From: Mobula birostris | Taxonomy: Eukaryota | Direction of reading: 5' to 3' | Length of the DNA: 64,000 nucleotides | NCBI RefSeq assembly: GCF_030028105.1 | Contig: NC_092371.1 | Coordinates: 14,343,884-14,407,883, forward strand | In this document: in pieces, positions 1-12,784 of the stretch | How the letters are laid out: each line of letters opens with the position of its first letter | Position numbering within the stretch: position 1 is the first letter of the stretch | Made by a program: the position numbers and the translations under genes | The notes under the pieces: generated by a model | The model's database searches: none | Seen by the model: the letters and a program-made list of their open reading frames with translations, nothing else | What the model was told of the DNA's origin: nothing

Positions 1-42
1 TCATTTTAACATAAGGCGATAAGCGAATTTCCAAGTAACAAA

Positions 43-545
43 GATAGATAGATAGATAGATAGATATACTTTATTAAACCTGAGGGAAATTTGGTTTCGT
101 TACAGCCGCACCGACCAGAATAGAGCGTAAATATAGCAATACAAAAACCACAACAATCAAACAACAAAATGCAAACTATGCCAGATGGAAAATAAGTCCA
201 GTACCAGTCTATTGGCTCAGGGTGTCTGACCCTCCACTGGAGGAGCTGCACGTTCGATGGCCAAAGGCAGGAAAGACCTCCCGTGCCGCCAAGTGTTGTA
301 TCACGGTGGAATGTTGCCGAAGTCCAACAGTAACAAGTTCAGTATCCAGTCTGCAAACACATTCCTCTATCGTAATATACCCCGGATGGCACCATCCGTT
401 GTTAACCAGATCAGTAAGCACGAAACTCCTTTACGCTTACCGCTCTCGGTGCACTTCCGGTCAGCCAGAACGGTATTACCCACCGAACACCTCTTCTCCA
501 AAAGTCTCTGTTGCCTCGACCCGGTCCTCTTTCAATAAAATGAAA
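43..545 (-). mobile_element. Non-autonomous Rex1/Babar-derived LINE copy (5' truncated) with (TAGA)n tail
   Basis: Reverse-complement homolog of 59487-60297. Minus-strand peptide CRLDTELVTVGLRQH resembles the Rex1/Babar AP-endonuclease. (TAGA)n at 43-65 is the 3' tail. Confidence 0.7.
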
Positions 546-829
546 TGTAGCGCAGAAAAGTGTAAGAATACGCATATCAGTCAACGAGCGTTAAAGAAAT
601 TTTAAATGAACAAACACTGAAATATATTGGTTTCAAGGGGGAACAATGTCAGTGGTCTTCAGAAGAATTGGATGTAAGCTCACATGACCTGCAAATTGCA
701 TTCTGGGCCTGTCCGGGTTGATGAAGGGTTAATGATTCTCTTGCATGAAGGTACCTAGAATAACGACGACGCTTTAAAAATCGGGTTGACCTTTCAGAAT
801 TGAGATGACAGGTTATCTGTTCAACTAGA

Positions 830-1020
830 ACTTAATAAATCTCCAGAATGTTCTACGCGGATGGCATTCAGATCTTTGTACTTGCTCACATGTAAGACCG
901 AGCTGGATCGATTTTTAGATGATAACCGAAAAGCCAGGTCTTCGATTAGTGTCGGAAAATGGCACCAAGGTACGAAGCTAACCATGTCCGTACTTAATGG
1001 GAAGAAGGATATAGAACATA
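830..1020 (+). mobile_element. Old CR1 LINE 3' fragment
   Basis: Aligns by eye to the CR1 3' ends elsewhere in the window (gagctggatcgattttt...ggaaaatgg...ccatg...aatgg). Confidence 0.5.
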
Positions 1021-4000
1021 GTGTTGCTGTTAGAAAGGAAGTGCTCTTCAGGGTGACAAATAAAGTACAGAGGCCACACGGTTGAGAAAAGCAAATGAAT
1101 GTCACTTGACACCATCTGTTTCTAGCCTACGGTTTAAGCAACCTGGTCTGCGCAACACTTTCCACGCATGCCCATGTAACACAGAGCGCCCTTTGCAGTT
1201 AGGCGCAATCACTGACCTTGAAAGCGTAAACAGGAAACCTGTAGCGTGAATTGGCACAGTGCGGTACTTTCCACAGATGTATCTTTAAATGCTAGGCATA
1301 ATTATGGCATCCGACCTACATTTCACTTCCCTTCAGAACTCACCAATATCTGGGCAATCTCTCGGTGCACAATTCGCAGCGACTGCGACAGTGAGCTTTT
1401 CAACGGTCTGCGTCCTGATCTATCTCCTTCCAGGTGAGTCTTCGCTGCTTCGAATTTGGTTGGGAAGCAATTCTTGCGCCAGATCATTGAAGTGATTGCT
1501 TTAGGGCAGGGGTTCCCAATCTTTTTTATGCCATGAAGCCCTACCATTAATCAACGGGTCCGTAGACCCGATGTTGGAAGCCCTCTGCCTTAGCAGAAGA
1601 TTGGTTCTGTGGAATTTTTCCGGGATAAGCAAAGTGCACCTTGTTACAGCATTATCATAGTTTCGCGTAAGATGTCAAAATCACTATCCTGATACATATA
1701 AGATATCTCATATTGACTTTTGGAACAAGGATAGAGGATTTACTCGTCCTCCGTAACTCAGAGATATACATCAATGAGGATCACTGAAAAATTATTGGAG
1801 ATTATTGCATTTCCGCCCCCCATCCAAGGACTTTATCTGTCTAATGTCTAATTCTATTTCTTTTTTTCTGTCTCGTTATCTTTCTCTCTATCCTCCACGA
1901 TCGATTTTAATCCTTAGGATGTAGGTCCCAATGGAAATAAGGAATCCTAATAATTTGGTGAACGGACAAGGCATTTTACGCAGAGTCCGGTCTATATATA
2001 TATATTTTACACATAATTTGATACAGCTTTACCCATCTTGGTGATAACACCTTGGTGAATTTCTTCCTTTCGTAGTTGCTAGCCCTCAGGAGCTCCGAAA
2101 TAAATCTTTTCCTTCTGTTTCCTGGGTATTTCCTTACACCTCAGGCATTCTCTCCCCTTGCGTTTGTTCTCACCGTTCTTTTGCTGGGTACCTATATCAC
2201 GAGGCCTCTAACGTTTCGCCGGAAAATGAGGAAGTAAAACGACAAGCCAATGGGCTGATGGGGGCTGACAAGATAAACGGAATGTTGAGTAGTAGTCAAG
2301 GAAAAAAATGTTGCTGATTGGGTATTCTTCTGATTAGCGGCGGAACGTATGACACTGCAGCACAGTACAGACCCCTCGACCCACGATGTTGCGTTGACTA
2401 TTTAACCTATTCTAACCCTTCCCGCTTACAGAGCCTTCCATTTTTCAATCATCCATGAGCCTATTTAAGAGTGTCTTAACGGTCCCTAATGTATATACTT
2501 CTGTCACCAACACTGGCAGCGCGTTGTACACACCCCTCACTCTGTGTAAAAATACCTACCTCTGACATCTCTTTGAAGTTTTTCCCAATGACCTTAAATG
2601 TATACCCGAAGATAGGTTGCAACTGTTTCATTCCAGTGTAAGTTGGAGTCTTTCCAATTAATATGTGTTTGGTATCTGACTGGGGAAAGAGCGGTGGGTA
2701 AAGAAGGGCACCATGAACTTCCCCGTGCCTGACACTGGGTTGGTTTCATTGTATTTTTCAGTGCGGTGGTCTTTTTACTCGACAACATTAATCTGCCTGT
2801 ATATAGTATTCATCTAGTTATCACTACCTGACACTACCTCACGGTTTGCCCTCTTTCTGCACCAGAAACTGTTAATCTATAAAATAAATCTATTTTTAAA
2901 TATGTTTATTATCATGTTTTACAGAATTTATTGTTGCACGACAGGTATTAGTGATATTAAGACTGATCCTGATGCTAATTATCCACCCACCCTTCCTTTT
3001 CTCCTCCTCCCTTTCTTTTTTGATACGTAGACGGATCTTTAACTCTTTCATAAATATTTATAAATCAATTTCTGGATCTGATGGCACTATGATCTGCTCC
3101 CAACCTCCTACCATGCGCACCGCCTTCGTAAATATACCGTCAGAGTCGGAAATTCTGAGAGAGAGGTGTTCGAACATATAAAAACGAACGATTCTTTTCA
3201 CTTGCAGATGCCCCATCCACGCATGTTTACTTTTTACCGTACCATGTCGGCTTTCCTGCGGCGATTATCTTTCTCCTCACGGATGTATTCGCCGTGGGAA
3301 CCGGCAGCCAGGCTCCAAATTCGTTCTAACTGCCCATGATTGTTTTTATTGCCGTTGTTGTCTGGTTCTGGGTTTAACACTGTCGTTCACTTAAATCATT
3401 TTCCATCTCAGTCAACAAGAGCGGCCGGATGAACTTCACAGAAGTGAGACCACGCGCGGCAGGAAATGAAGTAGGAATAACTTCTTTTTGTTTTGGTTTA
3501 TTTAGAAAATATAGAACAGCACAGTACAGCACAGAAACGGACGCTCCGCTCCATAATGTTTTGCCGAGCTAATGGAATGAACGCTGATAAATCTGCTAAA
3601 CGAATTCATTCAGCCGTTACAAATGTACATTCCTCAGCCGTGTCACTGTCTAAGTTTATTTTAAGAAGTTTTAAAACGTTCCAAAATGATACGGCGCAAA
3701 TCTTCCGTTTGCACCTCGATATTCTGGGATAACTACTGATAAAAGTTATGGAGGACGCAACAGGCTTTTCGGCCCAGCTCGTCCATGCTGACTGTAATGC
3801 ATTATTGGGCTAGTCTCCTTGGACTACTTTTTCCTAATTTACTTCTAAACCTTTCCTATCCACGTACCTATCCAAATGTTTTCTGAATGTTGTAACTGTA
3901 CCCGCCTCTACCACTTCTTCTGGCAAGTCGTTCTATATACAGTACCGACCGTCCTCTGTTGAATAAATGACCTTCCATTCCTCCTCAAATATTTCCTCTT

Positions 4001-4374
4001 TCATTTTGACCCCGTAGTCACGCTTTACTTTCCCTTACTTGGGAAAAGACATACCATTCCACCTTATCACTCAGGATTTAATAAACATCCGCGGAGTAGC
4101 CCCCGACCTTCCATAGCTTCAGGGAAAGCGTTTCCAGTATTCTCGGTCTCTTCTTTTAACTTAAACCCGTCAGTACCCAGTTATATTCTGATGAATCTTT
4201 TATTCACTCCCTCCACTGAAGAAGCAGGTTATTTCTATGGCGTAACAACCAGAAACGAACCAATATTCCAAATGCGGTCCCCTCACCATCTTGTTCTCCA
4301 CGGCCCGTCTGATAAAGGCAAGCATGTCTTCGTTCACCATCTGCAGGTATCTCTCTGATTCGGGCTGTCAAACA

Positions 4375-5975
4375 TAGAAGCATAGAAACATAGAAAATAG
4401 GTGCAGGAGTAAGCCCTTCGGCCTTTCGAGCCTGCACTGCCATTCAGTATGATCATGGCTGATAATCCAACTCAGAACCTGTGCCTGCCTTCTCTCCATA
4501 GCCCTTTAGCCACAAGGGCCATATCTAACTCCCTCTTAAATATAGCCAATGAACTGGCCTCAACTGTTTCCTGTGGCAGAGAATTCCACAGATTCACCAC
4601 TCTCTGTGTGAAGAAGTTTTTCGTCATCTCTGTCCTAAAAGGCTTCCCCTTTATCCTCAAACTGTGACCCCTCGTTCTGGACTTCCCCAACATCGGCAAC
4701 AATCTTCCTGCTTCTAGCCTGTCCAATCCCTTTAGAATTTTATACGTTTCAATACGATCCCCCCTCAATCTTCTAAATTCCAGAGAGTGTAAGCCTAGTC
4801 TATCCAGTCTTTCATCATATGAATGTCCTGCTATCCCAGGAATCAATCTGGTGAACCTTCTTTGTACTTCTTCTATGGCAAGAATGTCTTTCCTCAGATT
4901 GGGGGACCAAAATTGCACACAATATTCCAGGTGTGGTCTCACAAAGGCCTTGTACAACTGCAGCAGTACCTTCCTGCTCCTGTACTCGAATCCCCTTGCT
5001 ATGAATGCCAGCATACCATTTGCCTTTTTTACCGCCTGCTGTACCTGCATGTCCACTTTCAATGATTGGTGTACAATGACACCCAGGTCTCGTTGCACCT
5101 CCCCTTTTCCTAATCGGCCACCATTCAGATTGTAATCTGTTTTCCTGTTCTTGCCACCAAAGTGGATAACCTCACATTTATCCACATTAAATTGCATCTG
5201 CCATGAATTTGCCCACTCACCTAACCTATCCAAGTCACGCTGCATCCTCTTAGCACCCTCCTCACAGCTAACACTGCCGCCCAGCCTCGTGTCATCCGCA
5301 AACTTGAAGATGCTGCATTTAATTTCCTCGTCTAAGTCATTAATATATATTGTAAACAACCGGGGTCCCAGCACTGAGCCTTGCGTACCCCACCAGTCAC
5401 TGCCTGCCATTCTGAAAAGGTCCCGTTTTTTCCCACTCTTTGCTTCCTGTCTGCCAACCAATTCTCTATCCACGTCAATACCATACCCCCAATACCCTGT
5501 GCTTTAAGTTTGCAGACTAATCTCCTGTGTGGGACCTTGTCAAAAGCCTTTTGAAGATCCAAATATACCACATCCACTGGTTCTCCCCATCCACTCTACT
5601 AGTTACATCCTCATAAAATTCTATGAGATTCGTCAGAAATGATTTTCCTTTCACAAATCCATGCTGACTTTGTCCGATGATTTCACCACTTTCCAAATGT
5701 GCTGTTATCATATCTTTGATAACTGACTCTAGCATTTTCCCCACCACCGATGTCAGGCTTACAGGTCTATAATTCTCCGGTTTCTCTCTCCCTCCTTTTT
5801 TAAAAAGCGGGATTATATTACCCACCCTCCAATTCTCAGGAACTAATCCAGAATCTAAAGAGTTTTGACAAATTATCACTAATGCATCCACTATTTTTGG
5901 GCTACTTCCTTAAGCACTCTAGGATGCAGACCATCTGGCCCTGGGGATTTATCTGCCTTTAATCCCTTCAATCAA
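4375..5975 (-). mobile_element. CR1 LINE, 5'-truncated, RT with frameshifts
   Basis: ORFs 5517-5891, 5332-5577 and 4472-5473 give [42 protein letters not shown] and YCVQFWSP. 3' tail (catagaaa)n at about 4375. Confidence 0.95.
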
Positions 5976-7781
5976 ACTTTGATAACTTCTATAGATGCAA
6001 GTTAGACAATATTCCGATTGGTTCCATCACTGCGCCGCATGGAAACACCAATGCCCTTGAAAAGAAAAGCCTGAAAAATTAGTGGGCAAACCCCAGTACA
6101 TACAGGTAACGCCCTCCCCACCACTGAACAGGGAGAGCGGTCGCCGGAAAACACCACCCATCATCAATAACCCTACCGTCCGGGCCATGCTTTCCTCAGG
6201 CTTTGGAATGAGGTATAGAAATCTCGGGTCCCACACCTCCAGGTTTATGAATAACCCTTACCGCTCAACCATTAGGGTCCTGAATCCATACTCTAAACTG
6301 ATTCCCGCACCTATGGACTCTCCTTCAAGGACTCTAGAACTCAATTTTTCAATATTATCTTCATACGTATTTACTGTTCTTTTTCTATGGCACAATTGGT
6401 TTTGTTTTGCACATTGGTTGTTCTTCCATCTTTGATGTGTGCAGCTTTAGGTTGATTCTATTGTGTTTCCATTACGTACCGTGAATACCCAGATGAAAAT
6501 GAACATCGGGGCGGTATATAGTAACATGTCTGTCTTTGTAAATAAATTTACTTTGAACTGTGTTGACACATACATAGAATTATGGCTTGTGCCGCCGTGT
6601 CTATTTTACAACACCAGTCACCAACTTTAAAACCGGACCGGGTTACGTGCTATATAAATCCTGCCCTGGCTTTTTTTTTTTCAGAACAAAGACGCAGATA
6701 CGACAAAACATTGTGGACGCAACTCACCCAGAGAAGTGTCTTTTCAAAATGCTCCCTCTGGAAAGCGCTGTATGGTTATTAAAACAAAAACCTGACACGA
6801 TCTTAAAAGTCCCTTAGCTCCAGGTTGTTAATCCAATCAACCATTTAATTAGCCCCGCCCCTCGATATATTACCGCCATCAGGCACTGCAGCCCTTTGAA
6901 CAACTATTTATAATGACGTTTATATCGTAAGCACATGCCGGTATTTAATTATTATAGCACCCTTTATTCAATGGCTTTCTTCTAATTTTATTTCCTTTTA
7001 ATCCTTTTTCTGTATAATTGTTGAATGTTGTCGTCTTTTGTTGGATGTCGCGCCAAAACACCACTGGAAATTCCGAACGTATGTCAAAGTAGATGGCGAA
7101 TGAAATTGAGGCATGACCCTTTCCAAAACTCCCATGTTTCACAGTTAAATTTCATCTGCCATTCCTTTGCCCACTTTCCCAGCTAATACCGATCCTGTGG
7201 CAGACCTAGACAGCCTTCTTCATTCTCTGCCAAACTACCAATTTTAGCGTCATTCTTCCATTTACTTGCATTCATGCCACCTACGTTCGCATCCAAATCA
7301 TTTTGATGACAAACATCTGCACACCACTGGTCAGAGGTCTTCAGTCTCAATAAAAGCCCTTCCTAACTCCTTCCACCAAGCCAATTTCCTATCCAGTTAG
7401 TCATTTCATTCTGGACCCTTCATGATTTCACCTTCGAGATCAACCTACCAGATAACAATTATGAAATAATTTTCATGAATTAAATGAGGAATACAATTGC
7501 TGAATTCATTTGCAGAGAACTTAAGGATTAATTTAATTGAAGAGTTTTCAATGTGTTATAAAAAATCCAGTCAGTGGAGGGAAACCATTTACATTGGCAA
7601 TAGTAATGCAGAAGCAATAGAATAGCATTAGATCCGGGCTTCGACTGACGTATTGGTGCTGCCATGTACTCTGATATTCCATTATTGCCACGTCAGCGTT
7701 TTTGCACGGCTTAGATGGCACTACCAAGCAATTAGAATCAGAATCAGGTTCAGTATCGAGGAGGACGTATGTCTTGAAAAA

Positions 7782-7945
7782 AGTTCACCAGCAACTTTGA
7801 TGTGTGAGTCCTGACGAAGGGTCTCGGCCTGAAACGTCGACTGTACCTCTTCCTAGAGATGCTGCCTGGCCTGCTGCGTTCACCAGCAACTTTGATGTGT
7901 GTTGCTTGAAATTCAAGCATCCGCAGAATTCCTGTTGTTTGTCTT
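7782..7945 (+). mobile_element. Penelope-like pLTR-derived short element carrying a minimal hammerhead motif
   Basis: agtc-CTGACGA-agggtctcggcct-GAAA-cg-TC-gact at 7807-7842. Homologous to the terminus of the Penelope-like element at 40800-42215. Confidence 0.75.
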
Positions 7946-8617
7946 GAGATTAGTTACTTTGCGGCAGCAGTTAAATATCATACTTAAAAAACTATGAATT
8001 ACAATCAAATAGTTTTAAAATCAAATTGAATATGTAGTACAAAAACAGAGCAAAAATAGTGAGGAGCGTCCATGGGTTGGTTTATTGTCCATGCAGAAAT
8101 CTGTTGTGGTGTGGAAGAAATTGCTTCTAAAATGCTGAATGTATGTCTTTTAGGCTACTGTACCACCTACCTGATTTTAGCAATGTTCCGGATAATGGGG
8201 GTCCTTGAAGATGGATATCGACTAAGGCATCAAATACAGAAATAAACCCCAGTGCTTACAATAATAATCGAACCTAGCCTACAATTACGTTATTTTCCTT
8301 AAGTAAATACTTGCCGTATTTGCATACTAATATTTTGTGCTGAAACACTGGGAGATCCGCATCACTGTGTGCTCAGAGATCTTCCGTGTCTGATCTTGTA
8401 CCTCACTTTCGTCATCGTTACATTTTCTGCCTGAATGGCCAATTTCGCATTTACCCGTGCTGCACTGCATTTGTTAGTTATTTGCCCACTTGTTTAAACT
8501 ACCTTTAACAGTCTTGGCCTCTTTATGGCCCTTTCAGAACGCAGTTTTCTGATTGTTTTCGTGTAATGAAGAAGTTATGAAGCACTTGTCCACGTCCTTC
8601 TATTAATTGTAACAAGT

Positions 8618-8875
8618 TACACACTTCAAAGTTGCTGGTGAACGCAGCAGGCCAGGCGGCATCTCTAGGAAGAGGCACAGTCGACGTTTCGGGCCGAGAC
8701 CCTTCGTCAGGACTAACTGAAAGAAGAGCTAGTAAGAGATTTAGAAATGGGAGGGGTCTCGGCCCGAAACGTCGATTGTACCTGTTCCTAGAGATGCTCT
8801 GGCCTGCTGCGTTCACCAGCAACTTTGATGTGTGTTGCTTGAATTTCCAGCATCTGCTGATTTCCTCGTGTTTGA
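8618..8875. mobile_element. Inverted pair of Penelope-like pLTR fragments
   Basis: Minus copy at about 8618-8750 with a complete hammerhead motif (8679-8714), followed by a plus copy at about 8755-8875. The arms form an imperfect inverted repeat of about 85 bp. Confidence 0.75.
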
Positions 8876-9019
8876 ATTGTAAAAAATTGATGTTTCAACA
8901 CTAGTTGCCATGGCACCATCTTTGTTACGTTTATTATTTTGTACTTTATCCAAAGTGTGTTTACTTCCCAACATCCACAACTTAATCCTCTCCTCTTTAA
9001 AACTCCATGAACATCATCC

Positions 9020-10271
9020 TAACATGCCGCGTTCCGGTTCACAGCCCGGTCCATGGACTCCGGTCTCCAGTTCTTTCCGCTGTGCCTTGTTTCAGTTGGG
9101 CTTAATCACAGGCACCTGATTTTCGTCTTGGGGATGAGAATATAAGTGGCTCTGGGTTCGAGTGTGGTTGCTGGTTCGTCTCGTCAGTATCCCGTCCTCG
9201 CCTCTGTGGGGTAAGTCAGGCCGTCTTTGCCGTTACCCTGCAGTTAGATCTGTCCCTTCCTGTCCTTGCTTTCGTTAGGTAAACCAGGCCGTCTTTGTCG
9301 TTACCTTGAGGCTGGACTGTTCTCTTCCCTTCGCTTTCCTTCTGAAGCATTGCCTGCAACCTGTGTCTGGAGCCTTGCCTGCATCCTGTGTCTGGAGCCT
9401 TGCCTGCAACCTTGTCAAGTTCTACCACCAGAGCGAGACCGGAGCCTTGCTGTATCTAGATAAGGAACTGTCTGTCGTTGAGTTGGAACTGTCTCTGTGT
9501 CCACGCATTCGCTAGGTAGGTCCGGCCGTCTGCCACTACCTAGTGTTAAAACCGTCTCGTCGTGTTCAGCATTCTGTGTAGAGCCCCGGTCCCAAGTCCT
9601 GCTCCCAAGGAGGGGTGCCGGCTCTGTGTTCCATGTCCCTATGTTCCTGTCTCTCAAGGCCAAGGCTCCGTGTTCCCGTGCTCTAGACAAAGGCTCTGTG
9701 TTTTGCGTTCCTGTCGTCCCAAGTACAAGGCTCGGCTGTTCTTGAGTGCCAAGTCAAGGCTTCGTGTTCTCGTCCTGTCCATGTGCTTCGTCCTGTACTG
9801 GGGTTCCCTCGTCTTGCCCAGGAGTCTCTCGTTCTGTCCTGTCGCCTCGCCAAGTCCTGTCTCCCAAGGCCACGTCATGTCTTCGCCTAGTTCCGGAGTC
9901 CGAGCCCGAGTCAAGACCCAGATTCTGCGTCCTTGTCCAGTCGCCGACTCGGAGTCCGAACCCAAGCCTCGTCATGTCCTCGCCTCGAAGTACCCAAGCC
10001 ATGTCCAGTCCTGTAGCCACGTCATGTCCTCGCCTAGTTCCGGGGTCCAAACCCGGGTCAAGACCCAGGTTCTGGGTCCTTGTCCAGTCTCTGGCTCGGA
10101 GTCCAAGCCCAGGCTCTTAGCTCCCGGTTCCTTGTCCTGGTTCCGCCTGCCTAGCCAATGTCCCATCCCAAGTCTGTGTTCTTGTCCCAGCCCTCTTGTC
10201 AAGTCCTGTTCCTAGTACTTCAGTGTTTGTGTCTTGCGTTTGGGTCCGCCTTCAACGCCCCTCTTATGACA
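9020..10271 (+). mobile_element. Solo LTR (Gypsy-like) with internal tandem sub-repeats
   Basis: Ends ...cttaTGACA. Exact 5-bp target-site duplication catcc (9015-9019 and 10272-10276). Related to 57720-58639. Confidence 0.8.
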
Positions 10272-11269
10272 CATCCCCTATGAATACAACAGTTCTTTTA
10301 GAACAGAGAAGAGGATGAATTTCTTTGGGCAGGGAGTAGAGTTTAATAGGTTCTTGATTAGGAAGGGTGTCTAAGCTTACAGGATGAAGGCGAGAGAATA
10401 TAGTTGAATGGGATAATAAATTAGCCATCATGGAATGGCGGAGAGAACTTAATGGGCAGAATAGCCTAATTTTGCTTCTATGTCTTATGATCTTATGGTA
10501 TTATCCTTGCTTCTTCACCTCACTCACCAATCCCGATTCTGAGGAGCTCCTGTGAAATCTTTTCACGATCGAAATGAATCAAAATTTAATAATATTGTGG
10601 AAGAAGTTTGACGGGACGAACAGTCTCCTTTTGACCCTGTGACATTCTTACGATGCTTTTCGTTTTCTCTCGCAACCTACCTACGCTGGCTGATTTTTAA
10701 AGTGGGCTCTATAGCGAGAAGGTAGGTGGAAGAGAGGATTTCGCTTTGCGGATATGTGTAGCAGGTCCGCAGTGGAAAGGGCTGTCAGTGACAGTTCCAG
10801 TCATAAGGCGATGGTCTGCTGAGAGCTTCCAGAAGTCATGCCCAAGAAGGTAGAAATCCGTTACAGATGAGATTTATTTCTTTCCTGCTGTCTAGGAAAT
10901 TATGTCAGTTAAACAATGGTAAGTAATTTCAAAATACCTGATTGAGAAACTACTCAATATACCAGCTCCCGGGAGCACCAAATCGTGATACTGAAGCAAT
11001 TTTTCCTACGCTTTTGCAAACCAAATTCCAAGAGGAATATTCATTCCTATTTGGCCGAAGCCAGTTATTATGTTTTGCTGTTTTTTAAATCTTGATTTAT
11101 CACTTGTGGTTAAAAGAGTTTTGGTTTTCTTGAATTGATAAATTTAATTTCGCTTTGTATCAAAGTAGGAAAATTTGGCTTGATCTAATTCAAAATTGCA
11201 TCAGTTACAATATACAATAAATCAGATTGGACAAGGCGAACGCTATTTATTTTCGATTCCATGCATTGC

Positions 11270-11615
11270 GGTCAAGAAATGCAGAAGAGGCCTGACCCAA
11301 AGTAGAGCCGCGGAGACGATTTAGCGGAGAATAATAACTTTAATAAAAGACCACAAAATAACAAGCCACGAGGAACCACAACACCATAGTTAACAGAACC
11401 TAAACAAAACAGGCAACAAGGTATACTCCAGCCAGGTAGAGTAAAAGCTAGGAGCAACTGGATGAGTTCGGCTGGTTCGATGAGTGAACAAGGACTGTGG
11501 GTGAGGACTGGGGTTTAATAGGCTGCAGGTGAGGAGACCCGAAAGAGTGGCAGGTGAATCCAAATATCTGAGTGGAAACTGGGAGGTGCTTGTATGTGAA
11601 CGCTGAAAGGTGTCA
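11270..11615 (-). mobile_element. Probable LTR remnant
   Basis: Composition and motifs resemble the other LTRs in the window. Termini and TSD not resolved. Confidence 0.4.
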
Positions 11616-12784
11616 ATGTCCACTGGTACATAATATCCTGTCCACCCGCTTTTCCTGTTCATGGTTTATGCTGTTTATCCAGAATTGATCTTTTGGCATA
11701 AAGTTCCCGGAATGACGATATGGACTGACCGGTCTTTTCACTCATGATTGTATAAGACCGCGTAGCTTCAATCGACAAGGCCACTACAATTGACATACCA
11801 TCTTCTCATTGCTACCATCAAGGAGGAGTTACAGGAGCCTGAAGACATGCGCACCGTTTCAGGAACAGACTGCTCCCTTCTACCAACAGATTACTGAATG
11901 GACAATGAAACCATTACACTACCTCAGAATATTACCTCCGTGTTTGTACCAATTATTTTATTTAATTTTTATATCTGCCTCTTCTTGTAATTTATAGTAT
12001 TTATTATTACGTATTGCAATTTTCTTCTGCCACAAATCAACAGATTTCACGAAATACGTAAATGATATTAAACCTGATTCTGATTCTGAATCTCAAGAAG
12101 GGGCCAATTCAGCACTTACCAGGTTGCTTGAGTCACCTCCGATGTGCGGAGATCAGGGGAGCCCACAACGAAGAGTGTGGAAAGGGGGCTGAGGTGGCCG
12201 GAGGTAAGGAGAGAATCGGTGAGAGGACGGAGTGTGTTAGAAACCACCACTATTAATAGATTCACGTCATTGGTTTGGTCTCCAATTTTGGTGGGGACTT
12301 TCTCTGCTTGAGAAGGCACCGAGTCAAATACTTACACAATGAAACACACACGGCAACAAGCACAAGAAACTCCGTTTGATTGCCGTCAGTAGACACACTG
12401 CTTTAGAGCCAAAAATATTTGCCACTCTTATGGTAAGTGTGGGATGATTTAGCTCAAGTTTAACGTACTGGCATTCAACCGCACACATGTATACAGCCAA
12501 ATGAAAAGTCATTCCTTCTGGTGAAGGCGTACAACACAGGGCAGATACCTCCCACACAACACATAATATAATATTACCACAAATAAAAACAAATTCCAGC
12601 AGATTGACATTTAGTCACTCTTCACTATATCAAAGCAATTCCCAGAAAGCTTGGCGATATTGTTTCCTTTCAGCCGAGGCTCAGAGCGGTTCTGATGAGA
12701 GAAGGGTATCATGTATGACCCAGAAGATGGAGTTATAGGAAATTCTTATTGGTTGAGCCGTTTTATCCAGGTGGAAATAAGTTA

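Noticed and set aside
945-998. J-segment-like peptide WHQGTKLTMS preceded by a GTG-ending heptamer-like sequence
   Set aside because: The DNA aligns with the CR1 3' UTR, the nonamer-like spacing is 26 bp, and there is no phase-1 donor.
6784-6792. Perfect RSS nonamer ACAAAAACC
   Set aside because: No CAC-starting heptamer at 12 or 23 bp.
8318-8369. Octamer ATTTGCAT next to an RSS-like CACAGTG-24-ACAAAATAT (minus strand)
   Set aside because: No V, D or J coding sequence adjoins the heptamer, the nonamer is 6/9 with an off-length spacer, and octamers recur by chance in this window.
9562-10215. 217-aa ORF and overlapping ORFs
   Set aside because: Low-complexity translations of tandem sub-repeats inside a solo LTR. 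The same applies to 57891-58372.
10500-10925. Several 19-28 nt micro-exon candidates on both strands (also 12400-12740 and 6722-6770)
   Set aside because: They cannot be assembled into a recognisable protein, and the number of GTRAGT donors matches chance expectation.
12336-12375. Minus-strand leader-like frame (ACG)EFLVLVAVCVSL with a GTAAGT donor
   Set aside because: No ATG, short for a leader, and no downstream domain exon found.
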